A DNA stretch of 64,000 bases from Vicinamibacterales bacterium (GCA_963821375.1 CAWGDN010000001.1:136580-200579), one strand, 5' to 3'; counted from the stretch's first letter, positions 1 to 10,148 are shown. Notes: a model not told the origin generated them from the sequence alone. Numbers and translations: made by a program.

Positions 1-218
1 GGCGCACGTTCGGGCACCTTGAAGTAGCTGTGGCCGACGAGCTCGAATCCCTTGGCTGCCGAATACTTCCTGATTTCCTCGAAGGAGAGGCTGTAAGGGT
101 CGACGTTCGAGGGCAGCGCGGGCGCCTCGACTCTCGGTCCCAGCACTTGTGAGCCCACACCGCCCGCTGTCGCAAGGAGCACCGCCACGCCGACGAGCAG
201 GGGTCGCCCTCGCATCAT
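1..218 (-). CDS. Secreted protein, runs off the left edge (N-terminus only)
   Basis: Reverse strand has GGAGG then ATGATG and reads MMRGRPLLVGVAVLLATAGG...FELVGHSYFKVPER, open to the window edge; signal-peptide-like N-terminus. Not in the ORF track. Confidence 0.7.
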   Translation of the reverse strand, partial: MMRGRPLLVGVAVLLATAGGVGSQVLGPRVEAPALPSNVDPYSLSFEEIRKYSAAKGFELVGHSYFKVPERA

Positions 219-314
219 CAATCCTCCTGCAAGACGCGCACTATACTGACTGCCTGCCTCGCGTGCAAGAAATGGTGGCAGGACCGTCGACCCTCCGGCC
301 TGCAATCGCAATGG

Positions 315-1157
315 CTAAAGCCCCAGCACCCGCTCGGCGGTCCCGTGAAAGAAACCTTCCAGGAACTCGTCTTTGAAACCCAATTCGTGCCATTCCTTGA
401 GGAGCCGGGGATACGGAATGCTCGGATAGTCACTGCCAAACATCATCTTGTCGCGCAGTCGTCCACGCATATCCCGAACGATCTGCTCAGGAAGATACTT
501 GGGGCTCCACCCCGACATTTCCCAGAACACGTTGGCCTTGTGCAGGGCGACGACGGTTGTCTCGTCAATCCACGGATAGCCTGGATGGGCCATGATGATC
601 GTGAGCGACGGAAAATCCGCAGCGAGCGAGTCGACGGCGGCGGGATGGGCGTGCCGGGTCTTGGCTCCCATGCCACCGGGCATTCCCGCACCCATCCCCG
701 TCATCCCGACGTCGATCATCACCGGCACCTTCAGTGCCGAGATTTCCTCGAACAACGGGTAGTAACGGGTGTCGTCAACACTGAAGTGCTGCATGATCGG
801 ATGAAAGTGAAAGCCGATCATGCCGAGATCGCGTACGGCATGCCGGACATCATCGGCTGCCGCCTGACCCAGCGCAGGCTCAACGGCTCCCCAGGCAGCG
901 ATGACACAATCCCGATGCCGATCGCGCATGCCCGCAACATAGTCGTTTGAGCATGGCGGTGTGCCAATGGTCGTAGAGAGATCCAGGGCGACAAGACACG
1001 CCTGGATTCCGTTCTCCCGGAACTCGGCCGCCACGGCGTCTTCTTCCTTCCACGTCCACTCACGCTTCCAATATTTCGCCAGCGCGGCCACATAGGATCC
1101 CTGACAGTCGATCCACGGCTTGGTGTTGGGATAGCAATGGAGATCGATGATTCGCAT
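315..1157 (-). CDS. Amidohydrolase_2 family, CouO/PhdC-like aryl-beta-ketoacyl-CoA hydrolase
   Basis: Start at MRIIDLHC; motifs FHFHP, AHPGYPW, EMSGWSPKYLP, FGSDYP resemble the CouO-type signature (SGWSPKY...FGSDYP). Co-oriented with hydratase, ligase and SDR. Confidence 0.8.
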   Translation of the reverse strand: MRIIDLHCYPNTKPWIDCQGSYVAALAKYWKREWTWKEEDAVAAEFRENGIQACLVALDLSTTIGTPPCSNDYVAGMRDRHRDCVIAAWGAVEPALGQAAADDVRHAVRDLGMIGFHFHPIMQHFSVDDTRYYPLFEEISALKVPVMIDVGMTGMGAGMPGGMGAKTRHAHPAAVDSLAADFPSLTIIMAHPGYPWIDETTVVALHKANVFWEMSGWSPKYLPEQIVRDMRGRLRDKMMFGSDYPSIPYPRLLKEWHELGFKDEFLEGFFHGTAERVLGL

Positions 1158-1179
1158 GGGCCGAGATCCTCGCCGTGCG

Positions 1180-1926
1180 TCAGCGTTTCTGCAGACGCGC
1201 CAGTGCAGCGGCAAAACCCGGCTGCGAGAGCGACCACTGCTGCTCGGCCGTTTCGTGCGCAAACGCGACCTCGTGCCCCGAGCGCGCTGCCAAGCGCATC
1301 GTGGCCTTGGTTCGAACGATGAGTTCCCGCGGCGCTGCAACGATCGTATGCAGCATCTCGATGGCCCGATCCAGGAGTTCGCCGCCTGGCACAACGGCTT
1401 CCACCAGGCCGATCCCGAGCGCCTCACCTGCGTCGACCGGCTGGCCCGCGAGCAGCAGACGCGAGGCGTGCGCCCATCCCACGGCGCGCAGAAGCATCCA
1501 CGTATGCCCGCCGCCGGGATGCAACCCGAGTTTCAAGAAGCGAGTGTCAAACACCGCCTCATCGGCGGCGATGCGCATGTCGCAGGCCAAGGCAAGATTG
1601 AATCCGGCACCCACGGCCGGGCCGTTCACGGCGGCAACCGTAGGAAGCGGGCTCATCGCGACGTCCATGAAGGACTTGTAGACGGCTTCGAGCGCGCTCG
1701 GTTGTCCCTCTGCGGCAAGTCTCAGGTCCTTCAGATCCGCTCCCGCACAAAAGACGGGCGCCGTCCCTGTAATGACGATGACGTGCACATTGGGTGAGGC
1801 GCCAGCGCTCTCGACCGCCGCACTCAACGCCGCACACAGGGCACCAGACAGCACATTTCGCCGAGGCGCGTCGTTCAGCGTGATGATGGCAACGCCATCT
1901 CTGACTTCGGACAGAACGTCGCTCAT
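1180..1926 (-). CDS. Enoyl-CoA hydratase/isomerase (crotonase)
   Basis: FCAGADL, AVNGPAVGAGFNLALACDMRIA, GLHPGGG crotonase motifs; ATGA overlap with the upstream ligase. Confidence 0.9.
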   Translation of the reverse strand: MSDVLSEVRDGVAIITLNDAPRRNVLSGALCAALSAAVESAGASPNVHVIVITGTAPVFCAGADLKDLRLAAEGQPSALEAVYKSFMDVAMSPLPTVAAVNGPAVGAGFNLALACDMRIAADEAVFDTRFLKLGLHPGGGHTWMLLRAVGWAHASRLLLAGQPVDAGEALGIGLVEAVVPGGELLDRAIEMLHTIVAAPRELIVRTKATMRLAARSGHEVAFAHETAEQQWSLSQPGFAAALARLQKR

Positions 1927-3563
1927 CTCGCCACCTTGAGACGTTCGGCGACCATGGCGACCAGATCCTTCTTCGAGACCTTGCCGAAATTGCTGAGTGG
2001 AAAGCTGTCGAAGCGCTCGAGTCGTTCGGGCAGCTTGAATTTCGCGAGTTCGTAGCTGTTCAGAAATTCAACGAGCTCCGGCAACTCGAGGGAGTGGCCG
2101 GACCTCAGGATCACGCACGCGCAGTTCTTTTCGCCCAGCCGAGGGTCCGGCATCGCCACGCAGGCGACATTCTCGACTGCCGGATGACACAGGACCAATC
2201 CCTCGACTTCTTCGGCGCTGATCTTCTCGGCGCCGCGGTTGATCAGGTCCTTCTTGCGACCTTCAACGATGTAGTTCCCCGAAAGATGCTGGCGCATCAG
2301 GTCGCCACTGCGGTAAAAGCCGTCGTGCGTGAAGGCCCGCTGGTTGTACTCGGGTGCGCGGTAGTATCCCCGGAGCGTGTAGGGCCCGCGGCAGCACAAC
2401 TCGCCGACTTCACCGAAAGGCACCGGCTTGTCATCCTCCCCGAGAATCAACACTTCGTCGTCGTCACACATGGGACGCCCGACTGTCTCCATCCGCACGT
2501 CAACCGGATCGTCCAGGCGAACGAACATCAGGAGTCCTTCGGCCATTCCGAAGTTCTCCTGGACGCGGCAGTGGCGAAACACCCGCTCGGTTCGGCGCCT
2601 CACCTCGGCCTGAAGATTCTGACCGCCACTTTGAATAACCCGAACGGAGCCGAGGTCGTGTTTCGCAGCGGCGGGGCTTTCGATCCAGCGGATAAGCAGG
2701 GCCGGAACCACGTGGATGTGGGTGACGCCGAACCGGTCGATCAGAGGAAACACTTCCTCCGGCGCCGTGCTCGTGTGCAGGACCACCGAACAGCCTTGCG
2801 ACAGGAATCCCTGGAGCCCGGGACACGCCAGGGGCAGATTGTGACCAATGGGAAGGACGTCGAGCAGCACGCTGCCCGGACGAATGTCGCAGACGGAGAC
2901 CGCGAGGCGCGAATTCAAGGCATAGTCGTTGTGGGTGCGCGGGATGAGCTTCGGGATTCCGGTGGTACCGCCCGACAAGAGAAACAGGGCCGGCAACTCC
3001 GCATCGATCGCGATGTTGGACAGCTCTTCTATCGGGCGTGACGCGGGCCGTTCGATCAGCTCCTGCAGTGAGACGCATCCGCCGGGCGCCGAACCCAGCA
3101 CAATGCGATGCCTCAGATGCGGGGCCGACCGGCTGATCCGCTCGGTCATCTCGATATAGCTGAACTCCTTGTGGAAATCGGGTGTGACCGTGGCAACGGC
3201 GGCGGTCGTCTCGACGAAAAAGCTGATCTCGCGAAAGCGGTGCGGAGGCAAGGCCATGACCGGAATTGCGCCGATCTTCTGCAATGCTAAATGCAGGTAG
3301 ACAAACTCGATCACATTGGGCAGTTGGACGACCAGGCGGTCCTGCGGTCGCAGTCCCAGGTCGAGCAGGTTCAGCGCAAGGTTGGTCGATCGTCGATCGA
3401 GCTCCGCGAAGGTAACCTGCCGGCTGGCATCGCACACCGCAACGCGGTCTGCGAATCGATCACACCAGTCCTTGAACGCCGCCCGCAGCGGCCGATCGTC
3501 CCAGAGTCCTTTGGCGCGATAGGCCGCGGCGAACTCCGCTGGAAACGAAACGACGCCTTCCAC
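1923..3563 (-). CDS. Aryl-acid adenylating enzyme/CoA ligase (DhbE/EntE-like)
   Basis: LSGGTTGIPKLIPRTHNDY, HNLPLACPG, FGMAEG, YRSGD, GRKKDLINRGAEKI and FGKVSKK motifs of the DhbE subfamily; GTG start. Confidence 0.85.
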   Translation of the reverse strand: MEGVVSFPAEFAAAYRAKGLWDDRPLRAAFKDWCDRFADRVAVCDASRQVTFAELDRRSTNLALNLLDLGLRPQDRLVVQLPNVIEFVYLHLALQKIGAIPVMALPPHRFREISFFVETTAAVATVTPDFHKEFSYIEMTERISRSAPHLRHRIVLGSAPGGCVSLQELIERPASRPIEELSNIAIDAELPALFLLSGGTTGIPKLIPRTHNDYALNSRLAVSVCDIRPGSVLLDVLPIGHNLPLACPGLQGFLSQGCSVVLHTSTAPEEVFPLIDRFGVTHIHVVPALLIRWIESPAAAKHDLGSVRVIQSGGQNLQAEVRRRTERVFRHCRVQENFGMAEGLLMFVRLDDPVDVRMETVGRPMCDDDEVLILGEDDKPVPFGEVGELCCRGPYTLRGYYRAPEYNQRAFTHDGFYRSGDLMRQHLSGNYIVEGRKKDLINRGAEKISAEEVEGLVLCHPAVENVACVAMPDPRLGEKNCACVILRSGHSLELPELVEFLNSYELAKFKLPERLERFDSFPLSNFGKVSKKDLVAMVAERLKVAR

Positions 3564-3578
3564 TTCGTGTTCTCCGGC

Positions 3579-4358
3579 TCAAGTGACGGCGCTGTAGCCG
3601 CCGTCGATGATGAATGTGTGGCCGGTCGTGAACCGCATGGAGGTTGCGATGGCGACAGCAGTGGCCCCGACATCGTCGGCGGTCGCGCACCGATTGAGCG
3701 GCGTGGCTTTCGCGCGGCGTTCCATGAGTCTGTCGTAGTTGGAGCCCAGCGCCTTCTGCATCCAATCGCCTTCCATCCACCCTGGCGCCAATGCGTTCAC
3801 GCGAATCTTGGGTCCGAGCGCACCGGCCAGGGTTTGCGTCATCGAGATGATCGCCGCCTTGCTGGCTGAGTACGGCAGCGGCTGTGGGCCAGGGCGCAAT
3901 CCCACGATGCTGGCCGTGTTGATCACGTCGGCTTCGTCCATCGCCTTCAGCAGACGGGCGGCATGCTTGGTAACCAGGAAGGTTCCGCGCACGTTCACCG
4001 CGAATACCCGATCAAACTCCTCGACGCTGAGCTGGTCGAACTGCGCGGGCGGCACATCGGTCGTCGTCCCTGCATTGTTCACGAGCAGGTCCAAGCGCCC
4101 GCCGTACGTGCGCTCGACACTCTCGATCATCGCCACCACCTCGTCTTCGCGGCTCACATCGGCCTTGAGGACGACGGTGCGGGCGCCCGCCTCCTGCGCC
4201 AACCGCTCGGTCTCGCGGGCCGCCGCCTCGCTCCGGCTGTAGTTGATGGCCACGTCGAAGCCGGCGCCCGCCAGCGCGATGGCGATAGCTCTGCCGATTC
4301 CCGAGGCCGAGCCGGTGACCAGGGCGACTTTGCGAGGACCGGGGCTCTTTATGATCAT
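3579..4358 (-). CDS. SDR family oxidoreductase (3-oxoacyl/3-hydroxyacyl-CoA dehydrogenase-like)
   Basis: TGSASGIG, NNAG, YSASK, IDGG motifs. Confidence 0.9.
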   Translation of the reverse strand: MIIKSPGPRKVALVTGSASGIGRAIAIALAGAGFDVAINYSRSEAAARETERLAQEAGARTVVLKADVSREDEVVAMIESVERTYGGRLDLLVNNAGTTTDVPPAQFDQLSVEEFDRVFAVNVRGTFLVTKHAARLLKAMDEADVINTASIVGLRPGPQPLPYSASKAAIISMTQTLAGALGPKIRVNALAPGWMEGDWMQKALGSNYDRLMERRAKATPLNRCATADDVGATAVAIATSMRFTTGHTFIIDGGYSAVT

Positions 4359-4360
4359 GA

Positions 4361-4401
4361 TTGCTTATGATCATCATCCAGATATGATATCGATCCGTCA
4401 A
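4361..4401. promoter_or_regulatory. Overlapping divergent promoters with candidate TetR operator
   Basis: Plus strand TTGCTT-16-TATGAT (4361-4388); minus strand TTGACG-17-GATGAT (4401-4373); palindrome GATAT-G-ATATC at 4381-4391 overlaps both. Confidence 0.45.
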
Positions 4402-4422
4402 GAGTCCACGGCACAATCTTCC

Positions 4423-5037
4423 ATGATGACGGCGCCCACCCTGCGCGAACGGAACAAGGCCGACAAGCGGCTGCGCATCCGAGAGGCGGCGCGTCACCTG
4501 TTCAGCACACAAGGCTTCGATGCCACCTCGATCCGCGAAATAGCCGAGCGAGCGCGGGTCGGACTGGCCACGCTGTTTCTGTACGCGGCCGACAAGCGCG
4601 ACCTGCTCTTTCTGGCAGGCAACGACGATCTCGAGTCGCTCAGCAAAGTCGCCTTCGCCAAGGTGGATTACGCGAAGCCGCTCCTCGACCAGTTGATCGA
4701 GATCTTCTCGCACTTCTTCAAGTTCTACGCGAAGAACCGCCAGTTTTCCCGCGACCTCCTGAGAGAATTGACATTCTTCACGTCGGGGCAAGAGAGCGCT
4801 CGCTTCCAGGCGACGCGCCAGGCCACGATCAGGGGCATCGAACGGGTGGTGAGCGAGGCGCGGCGTCGCGGTACGATACGGTGCGAATCCTCCGATGCCG
4901 CTATTGCTCAGGTGATTTTCTATGTGTTTGCTGCGGATGTCCGGCGGTGGCTTGGGCAGAAGAACCGTTCGGTTGCCAGCGGCCTCGCTCATTTAAGGTC
5001 ACTGGTTACCGTCGTTCTAACTGGGCTGGAGCGCTGA
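4423..5037 (+). CDS. TetR/AcrR family transcriptional regulator
   Basis: LRERNKADKRLRIREAARHLFSTQGFDATSIREIAERARVGLATLFLY HTH; divergent from the SDR operon. Start could also be 4384. Confidence 0.9.
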   Translation: MMTAPTLRERNKADKRLRIREAARHLFSTQGFDATSIREIAERARVGLATLFLYAADKRDLLFLAGNDDLESLSKVAFAKVDYAKPLLDQLIEIFSHFFKFYAKNRQFSRDLLRELTFFTSGQESARFQATRQATIRGIERVVSEARRRGTIRCESSDAAIAQVIFYVFAADVRRWLGQKNRSVASGLAHLRSLVTVVLTGLER

Positions 5038-5038
5038 C

Positions 5039-6255
5039 GTGCTCGCAACGCGCAGTCGATGGTGGATCGTCTTCGCGTCGGGCCTGGGGTTGGTCGTGGG
5101 ACAAGGCCCAATCCTGGTGTTCGCCACCGGCGTATTTCTGAAGCCGGTTTCGGAGGATCTCGGGTTCGGCCGCGGGGAGATTTCCACGGCGATCGGCATC
5201 TCGAACGTCATGACGGCGATTTCGGCACCGTTCTTCGGACGCGCACTCGATCTGTGGGGCGTGCGGCGGCCCGTTGCTGGCCTCAATCGCGCTGTTCGCG
5301 CTGGCCACCGCGGCGATGGCGATGCTGGCACCGTCATTCATGGTGCTTGTCCTGCTCTATGGGGTTGCCGGCCTCGTCAGCGCCGGGCAGAGCCCGACAG
5401 CCTACTCGAAAGTCATCGCGAGCTACTTCGATCGCAACCGCGGGCTCGCGATGGGACTGGCGCTCGCCGGTGTCGGAGTGGGGACGACACTGATGCCGAC
5501 ACTGTCCAATACGCTGATCACCGCGTTCGGCTGGCGCATCGGCTATGTGGGCCTCGGGGCCGCCATCATGCTGGTCGCCTTCCTTCCGGTGCTCCTCCTC
5601 CTGCCGGAGCCGCAGGACACGAACATCGGCAGAAACGATGGCGCTGCCCGGTATGAGCTTTGCGGAGGCGATCCGCACCTGGAGGTATTGGTCGCTCGCG
5701 ATGGCATTCTTCCTGGCCACGACAACGATCAACGGTTCGCTGGTGCATGTCGTGCCGTTGCTCACCGATCGCGGCGTACCGATTGGCACCGCCGTTGCGA
5801 CCATGGCCGGCGCCGGGCTCGCGCTGATTGTCGGCCGCGTGGCTGCGGGCTACGTCATGGATCGGGTGTTTGCGCCTTACGTGGCGCTGGCGTTCCTGGT
5901 CGGACCGATGATCGGACTTGCGATTCTGGGCTGGGATCTGCAGTTCGTCAGCCCACTCGTCGGCACGGTGATGCTCGGCCTCGGCATCGGCGCCGAGGTC
6001 GACCTGCTGTCGTTTCTGATTACGCGCTATTTCGGGGTGCGCGCCTTCGGGGCGCTGCACGGCCTGATGTTCTCGGGGGTCGTGCTCGGGAATGCTGCCG
6101 GCGCCGCCGCGCTCGGCTGGTCGTTTCAGCTCCTGGGCTCCTACCGCCCGGCGTTCGCCGTATTCGAAGTCTTGCTGGTCGTCACCTGCGTGCTGTTCGT
6201 AACCCTCGGTCCATATCGCTATCCGGCGAGCCCTCGCGAAATTGCCAAGACATGA
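5039..6255 (+). CDS. MFS transporter (OFA/MCT-like), two apparent frameshifts near 5270 and 5635
   Basis: Three consecutive hydrophobic segments in different frames (ORFs 5039, 5274, 5545) join into a 12-TM MFS with GRALDLWGVR, YFDRNRGLAMG, AGYVMDR and YFGVRAFG motifs. Confidence 0.8.
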
Positions 6256-6278
6256 AGCGTCCGCGGAAGGAGAATGTG

Positions 6279-7343
6279 ATGGACTTGTATTCCCGTCGAT
6301 CGATCCTCACGCAACTCGGCGCACTCGGCGCCGGAACGGTGATGGCCGGCTTTGGGGTTCCCCGAATCTCTGCCGCCGCGATGCAGCGCACCGACGGACG
6401 CGCGGGCCGGATCGACGTCCACCACCACATGTTGCCTCCGGCATACGCGGCCCTCATCGCAGACCGCATCCGGCAGATCACGCCAAACCCGCTTGTCCTC
6501 GAGTGGACGCTCTCACGATCGATCGAAGCGATGGATCGGTACAACATAGCCACGTCGATCCTGTCGCTTCCGATTCCCGGCGCCTGGCACGGCGGCGCGG
6601 CGATGTCGAGCAAGCTGGCGCGAATCGGCAACGAATTCGGCGCGAAGGTGGCCGCCGATCATCGCGCTCGATTTGGCTTCTTTGCCTCCATCCCGCTGCC
6701 CGACGTCAAGAGCAGCCTGGCTGAGATCGCCTACGCGCTCGACACACTGCGCGCCGATGGCATCGCGCTTCAGACCAGCTATGACAACCGCTGGCCGGGC
6801 GACCCGGCCTTTGCTCCAGTCTTCGACGAGCTGAACCGACGCAAGGCCGTGGTGTTCGTGCACCCGACAGAGCCTGTATGCTGTGCGGGCCTGATTCCTG
6901 GGGTCACATCGAGCATGGCCGAATTCCTGTTCGATACGAGCCGCGCCGTTATCAGCCTGCTCGCCGGAGGCACCCTCACCCGATGCCCGGATATCCGGTT
7001 CATTTTCTGCCATTCCGGCGGCACGCTACCTGTGCTGGCCCACCGCATTGCCGCGGCCTTTCAAACGCAGCCTCACTTGAAGGCGGCGGCGCCCAACGGC
7101 GCCATCGCTGAGTTGCGGCGCCTGCATTACGAAGTGGCAAACGCGACGAACCCTTCGTCGCTCGCAGCATTGATGAACCTCGTGCCGTCATCACAAATAT
7201 TGTGGGGCACCGATTACCCGTACCGGGAGGTCACCGCGACCGTAGACGGATGGCAGCAGTACCGGCTGGACGATGCGGTGCGTCAGGACATCGAGCGTGG
7301 CAATGCGGGCAGGTTGCTGCCGCGTTTCGCTGGTAACGTGTGA
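6279..7343 (+). CDS. Tat-exported Amidohydrolase_2 (ACMSD/aromatic decarboxylase-like)
   Basis: AAGGAG RBS; SRRSIL twin-arginine signal; IDVHHH, FVHP..PVCC, CHSGG, GTDYP. Confidence 0.85.
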   Translation: MDLYSRRSILTQLGALGAGTVMAGFGVPRISAAAMQRTDGRAGRIDVHHHMLPPAYAALIADRIRQITPNPLVLEWTLSRSIEAMDRYNIATSILSLPIPGAWHGGAAMSSKLARIGNEFGAKVAADHRARFGFFASIPLPDVKSSLAEIAYALDTLRADGIALQTSYDNRWPGDPAFAPVFDELNRRKAVVFVHPTEPVCCAGLIPGVTSSMAEFLFDTSRAVISLLAGGTLTRCPDIRFIFCHSGGTLPVLAHRIAAAFQTQPHLKAAAPNGAIAELRRLHYEVANATNPSSLAALMNLVPSSQILWGTDYPYREVTATVDGWQQYRLDDAVRQDIERGNAGRLLPRFAGNV

Positions 7344-7357
7344 GCTCGAGAGGATCC

Positions 7358-9118
7358 ATGCGCAAGAACGTTGATTCTCGTCTGAGGAGGTCGCTGATCC
7401 ACTCAGCCGCCATCACATCGAGTCTGTGCGTGGCCGTTGCCGTCGTCGCTCTGGCTCAACGGCCGGCCGATACGCCGCCGCGACCCGATGCCGCCCTGGC
7501 ATATCAGATCGTCCCGATACCGGCCGGAATCCGAATCGAACGGGATGTCATCGTGACGATGCCGGATGGTGTTCGACTGGCGGGCAACGTCTTTCGTCCC
7601 GAAAAGCCCGGCAGGTATCCGGTCATTCTCTCGATGACCCCGTACGGCAAAGACCAGACGCCTCCGACATACGACGAGCAGGGTCGCCCCAATCCCGGTA
7701 CGTATTCGCCGTTTGTGGATCGGGTGTGGGCGCACGGAGCGGATTTGGGACACATGAAGGTGTCAATGCTGACGGCCTGGGAAGCGCCAGACCCCGCGTT
7801 CTGGGTACCCCACGACTACGCGGTGATGATCGTCGACCGGCGCGGTGGGTTCAAATCCGAGGGAACCGCGCCCACCGCCGTCCAGCAGGCCCAGGACATC
7901 CACCGCGTCATCGAGTGGGTCGCCGCGCAACCCTGGAGCAGCGGCAACGTCGGCATGCTCGGCGTATCCGCGCTCGCCACGAACCAGTTCTATGCCGCCT
8001 CCGTTCAACCGCCGTCGCCGCATCTGAAAGCGATCGTTCCGTGGGAAGGCCAAACCGACGTCTACAGGGACAGCATGTTCTGGGGTGGGATTCCGGAAAC
8101 GAACTTCACCCACCGCGACACCAGGGTCGCCCTCGCGAAGCTCCCGCCAGGCGAAGTCGCAAAGGCGTGGGCCGAAGCGACCGACCCTGTCGGTCGTCAG
8201 TCCATGCTTCAGGGCGTGCCCAAGATGGAGCTCAGCGCGGTGCCGGCACTGATCACCGCGAGCTGGTCGGATAAAGGACTCCACACTCGAGGCACTTTTG
8301 AGGCGTTTCGAAGAATCGGCTCCACTGACAAGTGGCTCTACACGCACGGCGGCAAGAAGTGGGAGCGGTTCTACAGCGAGGACGGTCTCGCCTACCAAAA
8401 GAAATTTTTCGATTACTTTCTCAAGGGAGAGGACAACGGTTGGCGGGCCACGCCGAAAGTGCGGCTGGAGGTTCGCAGCACGCGCGACGAGTACACGGTG
8501 CGCTTCGAAAACGAGTTCCCGCTCGCCCGCACCCGCTACACGAAGCTCTATCTCGACGCGCGGAACGGATCGCTGAGCTCTCAACCCGTACCGGCGGCCA
8601 CGGCAACCTACCATTCGACGACAGGCGGCGATGCTTCGTTTGGGATGACGTTCGACCGCGACACCGAGCTGACTGGGTACATGAAGGCCAAGCTCTGGGT
8701 GTCGGCCCCCGCCGCCAACGACATGGACCTGTTCGTCGCCGTGAAGAAGTTCGACGCGCAAGGCAACGAACTGCAGTTCCGGGGCATGAACGGATTCAGC
8801 GCCGACATGGTGGCCAAAGGCCAGATGCGGGTCTCCCTGAGAGAGCTGGACCCAGTACTCTCCACGCCTTGGCAGCCGGTGCAGAAGTTCAGCGGCGAGC
8901 GCAAACTGAAGCCCGGCGAGATCGTGCCGGTGGAGATTGCGCTGCTGCCGTCCAGTACGCTCTTTCGGAAGGGGGACAGTCTGCGCGTCTACATTCAAGG
9001 GCGACATCCGGTGATTCAACCGTTGCTGTTCTATACGGCGCTGATCAACACGGGCGAGCACACCGTTCACACTGGCGGGAGCTTCGACACGTATCTGGAA
9101 GTTCCCGTGATCCCGTGA
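7358..9118 (+). CDS. CocE/NonD family serine hydrolase, secreted
   Basis: MPDGVRLAGNVFRP, TPYGKD, WEAPDP, QPWSSGNVGMLGVS nucleophile motif, C-terminal PepX_C-like jelly roll; hydrophobic N-terminus. Start could be 7340. Confidence 0.88.
   Translation: MRKNVDSRLRRSLIHSAAITSSLCVAVAVVALAQRPADTPPRPDAALAYQIVPIPAGIRIERDVIVTMPDGVRLAGNVFRPEKPGRYPVILSMTPYGKDQTPPTYDEQGRPNPGTYSPFVDRVWAHGADLGHMKVSMLTAWEAPDPAFWVPHDYAVMIVDRRGGFKSEGTAPTAVQQAQDIHRVIEWVAAQPWSSGNVGMLGVSALATNQFYAASVQPPSPHLKAIVPWEGQTDVYRDSMFWGGIPETNFTHRDTRVALAKLPPGEVAKAWAEATDPVGRQSMLQGVPKMELSAVPALITASWSDKGLHTRGTFEAFRRIGSTDKWLYTHGGKKWERFYSEDGLAYQKKFFDYFLKGEDNGWRATPKVRLEVRSTRDEYTVRFENEFPLARTRYTKLYLDARNGSLSSQPVPAATATYHSTTGGDASFGMTFDRDTELTGYMKAKLWVSAPAANDMDLFVAVKKFDAQGNELQFRGMNGFSADMVAKGQMRVSLRELDPVLSTPWQPVQKFSGERKLKPGEIVPVEIALLPSSTLFRKGDSLRVYIQGRHPVIQPLLFYTALINTGEHTVHTGGSFDTYLEVPVIP
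8699..8782 (+). repeat. Direct repeat block A, copy 1 (copy 2 at 9940-10023)
   Basis: gtgtcggcc...gacatggacctgttcgtcgccgtgaagaagttcgacgcgcaaggcaacgaactgcaRttccgg recurs 1241 bp downstream with about 3 substitutions. Confidence 0.95.
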
Positions 9119-9183
9119 GCCGAACACGCGAGGCCAATCAAAAAGGGAGAGAGATGCCAATGAAACTGGCGGTCTTGATGTTC
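8994..9183 (+). repeat. Direct repeat block B, copy 1 (copy 2 at 10024-10213)
   Basis: 190 bp covering the CocE 3' end, RBS and first codons of the next gene recur 1030 bp downstream with about 3 substitutions. Confidence 0.95.
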
Positions 9184-9194
9184 ACATGCGCGCC

Positions 9195-9821
9195 ATGATC
9201 CACGGCCTGCTCTTGACTGTGGCTGCGTTGGGCGCCACGCTTCCCGCGGCGGCACAAACGCCGCGCATCGAGGTGTCGGGAGGCTATCAGTTTCTCAATA
9301 TCTCGGCAGATTTGGAGAGTATCGACATTGGCGACGTGCCGGTCCGGGATGTCGATCAGTCGTTGCCAGCTGGCTGGTACGTTGATCTTGCCGCGAATCT
9401 GAACCGCCACCTCGGTGTCGTGTTCGCCACGGGCGGCAATTACACGTCGATTGCTGAATCGGCGACCTTTGGCGGTCTTGCAGCAAGCGCCTCAGTCGAC
9501 CTGAGGGTTCATGAGTTCATGGGTGGCGTGCGCTACAGCAGCCGGGCGAACCCCACGGTGGTTCCGTTCGGGCAGTTCCTGGTTGGCGCGATCACTGCTT
9601 CGGCGAAGGTCACAGCATCAGGCAGTTTCGCCGGCTTCCCTGGGTTTTCCTTCAGCGACGAGGCGAAGGGCACGGACATAGCGCTGCAGGCAGGCGGCGG
9701 AATGCAGTTGCGCCTGGCGGACAAGTTCGTTGTCCGTGTCGGCGCGGACTACATTCGGATTCTCGCCGTCGAGGGTGTGAACGCGTTCCGGTTTGGCGCG
9801 GGGATCGTGCTCGCCCACTGA
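9195..9821 (+). CDS. Small outer-membrane beta-barrel protein (OmpA-N/PorT-like)
   Basis: Signal peptide ending AAA-Q; alternating beta-strand pattern (EVSGGYQF, GGVRY, VPFGQFLVG, AGGGMQL, FRFGAGIVL). Start 9186 or 9195. Confidence 0.8.
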   Translation: MIHGLLLTVAALGATLPAAAQTPRIEVSGGYQFLNISADLESIDIGDVPVRDVDQSLPAGWYVDLAANLNRHLGVVFATGGNYTSIAESATFGGLAASASVDLRVHEFMGGVRYSSRANPTVVPFGQFLVGAITASAKVTASGSFAGFPGFSFSDEAKGTDIALQAGGGMQLRLADKFVVRVGADYIRILAVEGVNAFRFGAGIVLAH

Positions 9822-9939
9822 TCCGGGACGCCAGTCGAGCAGCGAGGTCGCCAGGTGGCGCGGTCCGACCCGAATAGGTGCCAAGTGCCAGAACATGAGA
9901 GTCGTCTCTGTGATCTTGGGTCAGCCAAAACGTGTTGCC

Positions 9940-10148
9940 GTGTCGGCCGCCGCTGCCAACGACATGGACCTGTTCGTCGCCGTGAAGAAGTTCGACGCGC
10001 AAGGCAACGAACTGCAATTCCGGTTCAAGGGCGACACCCGGTGATTCAACCGTTGCTGTTCTATACGGCGCTGATCAACTCGGGCGAGCACACCGTTCAC
10101 ACCGGCGGGAGCTTCGACACGTATCTGGAAGTTCCCGTGATCCCGTGA
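9940..10148 (+). pseudogene. Internally deleted remnant of the CocE 3' end
   Basis: Blocks A and B are joined directly, missing 8783-8993 (211 bp) and changing frame. Confidence 0.9.

Noticed and set aside
1923-3563. Siderophore/NRPS cluster suggested by the DhbE-like enzyme
   Set aside because: No carrier protein, isochorismate enzymes or NRPS nearby; the neighbours are beta-oxidation-type catabolic genes.
5274-7343. 689-aa MFS-amidohydrolase fusion in the ORF track
   Set aside because: Artefact of the MFS frameshift; the amidohydrolase has its own RBS, ATG (6279) and Tat signal, and the MFS ends at 6255.
9793-10148. Short ORFs 9793-10044 and 9855-10148 as genes
   Set aside because: They are frames of the deleted CocE duplicate.
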